Of a stretch of 64,000 nucleotides of DNA, positions 56,233 to 64,000 are shown piece after piece. A program made the position numbers and the translations under genes. Origin of the DNA: Eledone cirrhosa (lineage: Eukaryota); NCBI GenBank assembly GCA_964016885.1, contig OZ024740.1, positions 324,322,001 through 324,386,000 on the forward strand. Reading direction: 5' to 3'. The number at the start of each line of letters is the position of its first letter. The stretch's first letter is position 1. Under the pieces are notes generated by a model that worked only from the letters and a program-made list of their open reading frames with translations, was not told the origin of the DNA and made no database searches.

Positions 56233-56557
56233 AGTGTGAGTGTGTATGTGTCATGTATACGAGTGAAAGGTGAGACCCAGGTATGAGGAACGTAGTATGT
56301 AGCCCTTACTACAGCTGTTGTGTTCTTACAAGACTAGCACTACTGAGAGAGGGTTGCACCAATCAGCAAAACAACAGACCAACCCCAGTAGCAACATAAC
56401 TTACTTCATGAAATAAAATACTAACAGACGGCTGGAGACTTCCGTATCATATTTAGTAAGATAAAGAAACACTCCCAGAACAACCAGATGATTTTACATA
56501 CAAATTGTTCTACAAAAATAATATAAATCTAATATTATTATTAATGTAGCATTAAAG

Positions 56558-57592
56558 GGCGGTGGATTGGCAGTATCGGTAGAGGGTCGGACGCCATGCT
56601 TTCCAGCATAGTTACGTCCCTTTATGACCTGAGTTCAAATCCCGCCGAGGTTGACTTTGCCTCTCATCCTTACGGGGTCGATAAAATAAAGTACCAGTAA
56701 TACACTGGGTATTTGCTGGCCTTGTGCCTAAATTAGAAACAATTATTATTAATGTAGCATGCTTCGTCTCATCTCTTTACGTTCTCAGTTCAAATCCCGC
56801 TGAAGTTAGCTTAGTCTTTCATCCTTACAGCAGTCGATAAAATAAAGTACCAGTCACGCACTTGGGTCGATTTAATCGACTTTCCTCTCCCCCAAAATCG
56901 CTGGCCTTGTGACTAGTATCGGTAAAGGGTCGGACACCATGCTTTGCAGCAAAGAGTTACGGCCCTTTATGGTCTGAGTTCAAATCCCGCCAAGGTTAAC
57001 TTTGCCTTTCATCCTTACAGGGTCGATAAATTAAAGTACCAGTAATTCACTAGGTAATTGCTGGTCTTGTGCCAAAAGCAGAAACAATTATTATTAGTGT
57101 AGTATGATTCGCCTCATAATTACATCCCGGTAAGTTCTGAGTTCAAATCCTCCCGAGGTTAGCTTTGCCTATCATCCTTACGAGGTCAACAAAATAAACC
57201 ACTAGTAATACACTGGGGGTCGATTTAATGGACTTTCTCCTCCCCTCAAATTGTTGACCCAGAGCCGAAGTCAGAAATCATATTGGCAGTATCAGTAGAG
57301 GATCGGACGTCATGCTTTACAGCACAGAGTTACGCCCCTTTACGACCTGAGTTCAAATCCCGCCGAGTTTAACTTTGCCTTTCATCCTTACGGGGTCGAT
57401 AAAATAAAGTACCAGTAATGCACTGGATAATTGCAGGCCAAATGTAGAAACAATTATTATTGTAGCAAGGGTGGTGGATTGGTAGAGTCGTTAGAGCGTC
57501 GGACAAAATCGTTTACTTTGTGAGTTCAAATATCGCTGAGTTCAATTTTCAGGGTCGATAAATTAAATACCGGTTTATTACTGGCGATCGAT
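56558..57592 (+). mobile_element. Tandem array of ~6 tRNA-derived SINE units
   Basis: Repeated (ga)gttcaaatccc..cgagg..actttgcct..catccttac.gggtcgataaaataaagtaccagt. Confidence 0.88.
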
Positions 57593-58154
57593 TTCTTTAT
57601 ATAGATTTCTACTTATCTGCTTTTTCTTCTCTGGACTCCGCCAGATTTAAATGTCCATGACATGCCGTACATTAAACAGTTTTAACCACATGAACACAAA
57701 CTGCCGTAAAATGTAGTAGTAGTAGTAGTAGTAGCTGCAGTAGTAGTAGCAGCAGCAGCAGTAGTAGTAGTAGTAGTAGAAGTAGTAGTAGTAGCGGTAG
57801 TGTCGGTGGTCATGGTGGTAGTTGTGGCAGTAATGGTGGTGGCGGTGGTGGTGGTGGTAATGTCAAGCTCCGTATGAATTAAATCATTTGCCAGCAATGT
57901 GTCACAAATGAAGAACCAACTCTCGCTGATGCAATAATAAATCGTCAGACACACACACACACACACACACAGACACACACACACACACACTCATACACAG
58001 ACACGTAGTCACATATACATTAACACATAGTGATGTTTACAGAGAAATTTACATACGTAGGATATCATATATACATGCATAGATATATAGTTATATATAC
58101 ATTGACATAAACAGCGCGATGAGTGTAGACAGATTTATACATGTGAACCCTCAT

Positions 58155-58389
<235 letters not shown>

Positions 58390-58709
58390 TTTCATATACG
58401 GTCATATAAACATAGCGATCTGTGAAGATAAATTTATACATGGCCATTCAAACAGCCACACTCAAACATATTTTATATATATATATAATACCTGATTATA
58501 CGACTGTGTATATATACATTATATATATATATATATAATGTATATATACACAGTCGTATAAGCATAGCAATGTGTGTAGACAAATGTAAACATGTTGGTC
58601 ATCATAATTCTTCTGGTTCTTCTCATTCCGTTCATTAGATCGTTTAAGCCATTACGATTTGGCAAGCTTGATGGTTCACACCTCATATATGCGTGTGTGT
58701 GTGTGTGTG

Positions 58710-58795
<86 letters not shown>

Positions 58796-58873
58796 TGGGT
58801 ACATATTGTTACAGATATGAATAACTAGACATAACCTTGTTTATACGTATGTGTATATGTATTTACTCTCTCT

Positions 58874-58913
<40 letters not shown>

Positions 58914-58929
58914 GATATATGTATGTATG

Positions 58930-58980
<51 letters not shown>

Positions 58981-60287
58981 GTATATATATATATATAATG
59001 TAAACGCTATAAATCTCATCACGCTAAACATCTTTACATCAATTTTCCAAAGCCGGCACTGACAGAATCGTCCCATTAATGCAAACGGCGTTCGGATATT
59101 CCATAAATCTGTCTGTCGGTCAGTATGTCTGTCTATTACTCTGTCTGTCCGCATATCAATCTGTATGTCTTTATGTTTGTCTGAATGTCTGTTAGTCTTT
59201 CTGTTTCTTGCTCTGTTTATGTGTAATAATTTACCTGCCTCTACGTCTATGTGTCTGAAAGTCTGTCTGTCTGTCTCTCTGCCTATATATTTCCCCCCTT
59301 GTTTGTCTAACTATATATTTGCCCCCTTATTTGTCTAACTATCTATATGTCCGTTTCTCTGTTTGGATGGTAATCTATAAAGAAAGATATCTATCAATTT
59401 GTCTATCTGACTCTCTATATATCTGTTTGTCTGTATGCCTATCTCTCTATCTACCTCGTTGTTTGTCTGTTTGTTCGTTTTTTTTGCTTATGTGGAATGC
59501 CTTACCATCTTTCCAAACTCTGTTTATCTTAAATGTTTATCAACATCACTATATTCGGCTACATCTCTCCTCACATCGCAAATTACTCCAACTTTTATCA
59601 ATATACTCTGTCCCAATAAAGCCTTTATTTTATAACAGCATCACTGTTAATGCTGAGTAGAAATGTGTTCATAGTTAGTGTTGTTCAGTCTCGAAACCAA
59701 TTCTAACAAGATTCGTAATCACGAACTTTTGTTTGATGATCTCAGGTTCTATCCTCAGATCACCATTATCGTCATCATCATCATTATAGTCTTACATCGA
59801 CTTTCCACGCTAGCATGGGTTGGACGGGTTGTCACAGTCTGAGAACCGACGAATCGGAGTAACACATTCTTACTCATTACGTTCCATATTTGTCATGATT
59901 TCTACAGGTGAATGCCTTTCATAACGCCAAGCACCTTACAGTGTATACTGGGCGTGATTTTTTTAATGATACTAGCACTTTACAAGAAGGACTGGATGCC
60001 TATTATTGTGCCACCAACATTCCCATTTTACAGCATGGTGGGCGCATTTTATCATGACACCATCACTTAAAAATTGGCTCATGCTCGATCAGATTAAAGA
60101 GTCTTCTCAGATACTAACTTGTCTCTGTTCAATTGTCAAACACTGTTGCTTTCGGTCTCTCACCACGTTTACTTTTAATGTTACAATGCTAACAAAAGAG
60201 AGAGAGGGACTTAATATATTTTTCATTTTTGAACTCACGAATTGTTTATATTTCTGTACAGCTTCCCCCATAGTTTTCGTCACTTGT

Positions 60288-60566
60288 TTGGCGCTGGTAC
60301 GACCATGTCGAGCGCAATAGGGGCTGCATCAGCAAAGTGATGAATGTCGATCCAGGAGGCAGTAGAGGCTCTGGAAGACAGAAAAGGACTTGGATGGAGG
60401 ATGTCGGTCGAGTTCAAGCTAGGCCTAGCCTGGGCCAAGTGAGACCGGCTGACAGAAATACGCGGTACAGGACGCTAAAGAGCGCTATCAGACAAGACCA
60501 ACCCCGACTTAGGGATTAATTGTGCCCTGCATAATCAAACACTGGATGAGGATGATGATGATGATG
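60288..60566 (+). mobile_element. RTE-clade LINE 3' end with (GAT)n tail
   Basis: RWYDHVER...GSRGSGRQKRTWMEDV...DRNTR, then gatgatgatg. Confidence 0.65.
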
Positions 60567-60815
60567 TTTTTGCTAAAGTTTTCTAAAACACTCTAATTGA
60601 TTTGGCAGTAGTGGTTTACAATGGTGTACAAGGGTATCATCCGTGTTTATCTCGGGAATTCGAGTTACTTTGTGGTAACAGTGTTTGGCTCATGATAGTG
60701 AGATCCCAACCTCGATTCCTGGTGAAGCGTTGTGTCTTTAAGCAAGATACTTTACTTCAGGTTGCACCAATCAACTCAGCTGGCAAAATCAGTAGTACCT
60801 GTAACTCGACGAGCC

Positions 60816-62555
60816 AGTATAGTATAGTGTAGTATAGTATAGTATCGGATAGTATAGTATAGTATAGTATAGTATAGTATAGTATAGTATAGTTTAGTAC
60901 AGTATAGTATAGTATAGTTTAGTATAGTATAGTATAGTATAGTATAGTATAGTATAGTATAGTATAGTATAGTATAGTATAGTATAGTGTAGTATAGTGT
61001 AGTATAGTATAGTATAGTATAGTATAGTATAGTATAGTTTAGTATAGTATAGTATAGTATAGTATAGTATAGTGTAGTATAGTATAGTATAGTGTAGTAT
61101 AGTATAGTATAGTATAGTATAGTATAGTATAGTATAGTATAGTATAGTATAGTATAGTTTAGTATAGTATAGTATAGTATAGTATAGTGTAGTGTAGTAT
61201 AGTATAGTATAGTATAGTATAGTATAGTATAGTATAGTATAGTATAGTATAGTTTAGTATAGTATAGTATAGTATAGTATAGTATAGTATAGTATAGTAT
61301 AGTATAGTGTAGTATAGTGTAGTATAGTATAGTATAGTATAGTATAGTATAGTATAGTATAGTGTAGTATAGTATAGTATAGTTTAGTATAGTATAGTGT
61401 AGTGTAGTATAGTGTAGTATAGTATAGTATAGTATAGTATAGTATAGTATAGTATAGTGTAGTATAGTGTAGTATAGTATAGTGTAGTGTAGTATAGTAT
61501 AGTATAGTATAGTATAGTATAGTATAGTATAGTATAGTGTAGTGTAGTGTAGTGTAGTATAGTATAGTATAGTATAGTATAGTATAGTATAGTATAGTTT
61601 AGTATAGTATAGTTTAGTATAGTATAGTATAGTATAGTATAGTATAGTATAGTATAGTATAGTGTAGTATAGTGTAGTATAGTATAGTATAGTATCGGAT
61701 AGTATAGTATAGTATAGTATAGTATAGTATAGTATAGTATAGTTTAGTATAGTATAATATAGTATAGTATAGTATAGTATAGTATAGTGTAGTATAGTAT
61801 AGTATAGTATAGTGTAGTATAGTATAGTATAGTATAGTATAGTATAGTATAGTATAGTATAGTATAGTATAGTATAGTATAGTTTAGTATAGTATAGTAT
61901 AGTATAGTATAGTATAGTATAGTATAGTATAGTGTAGTATAGTGTAGTATAGTATAGTATACTATAGTATAGTATCGTATAGTATAGTATAGTATAGTAT
62001 AGTATAGTATAGTATAGTATAGTATAGTATAGTATAGTATAGTATAGTATAGTATAGTATAGTATAGTATCGGATAGTATAGTATAGTATAGTATAGTAT
62101 AGTATAGTATAGTGTAGTATAGTATAGTATAGTATAGTGTAGTATAGTATCGTATAGTGTAGTATAGTATAGTATAGTATAGTATAGTGTAGTATAGTAT
62201 AGTATAGTATAGTATAGTATAGTGTAGTATAGTATAGTGTAGTATAGTATAGTATAGTATAGTGTAGTATAGTATAGTGTAGCATAGTATAGTTTAATTT
62301 AGTATAGTTTAGTTTAATATAGTGTAGTATATTATAGTTTAGTATAATATAGTATAGTGTAGTATAGTGTAGTAATGTGTAGTATAATATAGTGTAGTAT
62401 AGTTTAGTGTAGTGTAGTATAGTATAGTGTAGTATAGATAGCAGTGCCCCAGCATGGCGTCAGCTTTTAGTCTCGAACATGTAATAGCGTAATATAGTAT
62501 AGTATAGTATAGTATAGTATAGTATAGTATAGTATAGTATAGTATAGTATAGTAT
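60816..62555. repeat. 1.7-kb (TAGTA)n pentanucleotide satellite
   Basis: agtat/agtgt/agttt units; short unique insert at 62440-62485. Confidence 0.95.
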
Positions 62556-63759
62556 AAAGAGTAAGGCATGAGTGTATAAAATATGGAGAGAGTATATAAA
62601 GTGTGTTAAATATATTGAACAGTGAATAGAACGGAACAAAACTTCTTTTTAAGATTGTTTTGAATTGATGAATATAAAGTGATATACACATCATACACAC
62701 ACATGCACATACAAACAGCCATATACACACACATACAAGCGTACACACACATACAAGCGTACTCACACATACAATAGTACACACACATACAATCGTACAC
62801 ACACCTACATAAACATACGCAAACCACACATAATACTCATGCTTTGGGACCTCCGTCGTTTTCGACGACGAAAGTTCCAATCTCTCGAACAACAGAAAAA
62901 AAAAACCTGCTCGGGAAATTAGTGTGCAAGTGACTGAGCATTCCACAGACACGTGTACTCTTAGCGTAGTTTTGAAAGATATTCAGCCTGACACTGTGTG
63001 ACGAGGTTGAGACTTTGAATTACAGGAACAACTCATGTTTGCCAGCTGAGTGGACTGTCGCAACATAAAATAAAGTATGTTGCTCAAAGACACAACGTAC
63101 TGCTAGAGATCGAACCCACGATTTTATGAAAACCCATGATTTTATGTCGGGTTTGTAGATTCTGGGGAGGTATTAGATGGTGGGGACGATGAAGTGGGAG
63201 GAGTTGAGAAGTAGAAGGGAGGCGGAGACGAGGTGTTGGATGGTGGAGGTAACTTGTTGCTGGTAGTGGGGGGGTGGGGTCAGCGAGTAAGGGCGGTAGA
63301 AGAAGGGGTTGCGGAGCTGCCTGAGGGCCTCAGTCGTGTTGAGGTCAATGCGCCAAAGCCACGTGCCTCAAACAATGAACATACACACACATAAGTGTGT
63401 TTTAAGTAAATATATTTGTGTGTGTATATTTCTGTATGTATGGTGAGCGTCTATAGAGAAATAAATGTAAAAATCTCTGAGGATTAAAACAAACATACTT
63501 CACTACAATATGTATATAGAGGGGAATATGTGGAAGAGTTGTAATAAAACGTTCCAGTGTGTATATAAAAATATAATGCATTGGGTGTATATCAGGAGTA
63601 ATTAATACACATAGGAAAATATTGATAGGAAATTTAATATCATAGATGAAGTTCACTGGTTCAATACTCAGCAGGAGACAACGGAAGTTTATGATAAGAT
63701 TATTTTTGAAATTTTGTTATATCGCCATTTTGTCTTTATTTGTTTCCTTCTTCTAACAG

Positions 63760-63808
63760 ATTCTCTTTCCATAAACAGGAAGATTACTCACAGAGAGTGT
63801 GCGAGAGG
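63760..63808 (+). CDS. Candidate 49-nt internal exon (DSLSINRKITHRECARG in phase 1)
   Basis: Long pyrimidine tract ending ttctaacag at 63759; donor GG|gtgagg at 63809. Confidence 0.3.
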
Positions 63809-64000
63809 GTGAGGGATGGGTGGGTGAAGAATGAGGGTTATACGGGGGGGGGGATGGGTAGGGATGAGGGAGTGGAATATGAGAAGAATGGAACAGTCCC
63901 ACCTGTTCTATTTCATGCATGAAACCCTTATCCCGAGGCAGATTTTTTTTTTTTTATGAAAGCAAAACATTAGCAAGAACAACACCCCACGGGCTATTTC

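Noticed and set aside
56558-57592. tRNA gene cluster or CRISPR-like array
   Set aside because: Only A/B-box-like heads without a cloverleaf, followed by a SINE body; no repeat-spacer structure

Overview
AT-rich, microsatellite-saturated eukaryotic DNA that is intronic or intergenic. The SINE, RTE and microsatellite landscape resembles an octopus or other coleoid cephalopod; this is an inference, not a database result. Almost all ORF-track entries are translations of (TA)n/(CA)n tracts. The real coding sequence is transposon-derived: two near-full-length L1/Tx1-clade LINEs plus two 3' fragments, all at (TCTA)n/(TC)n; two Penelope-like elements (RT, GIY-YIG, CxCx5Cx5C linker) with inverted terminal arms; and a deleted mariner. 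There are also hAT/Tc1 MITEs, RTE 3' ends and tRNA-derived SINE arrays. The main hidden signal is about 20 type-I hammerhead-ribozyme motifs (intact, variant or decayed) from roughly a dozen unrelated short elements, nearly all in or beside (TA)n tracts. They occur as tandem units of about 490-525 nt (retrozyme-like), as fold-back palindromes, and in Penelope terminal repeats. Many share a non-canonical stem-II base and a palindromic stem III. Numerous inverted duplications of other DNA are also anchored at (TA)n. A few weak host exon candidates suggest most of the window may be one large intron.
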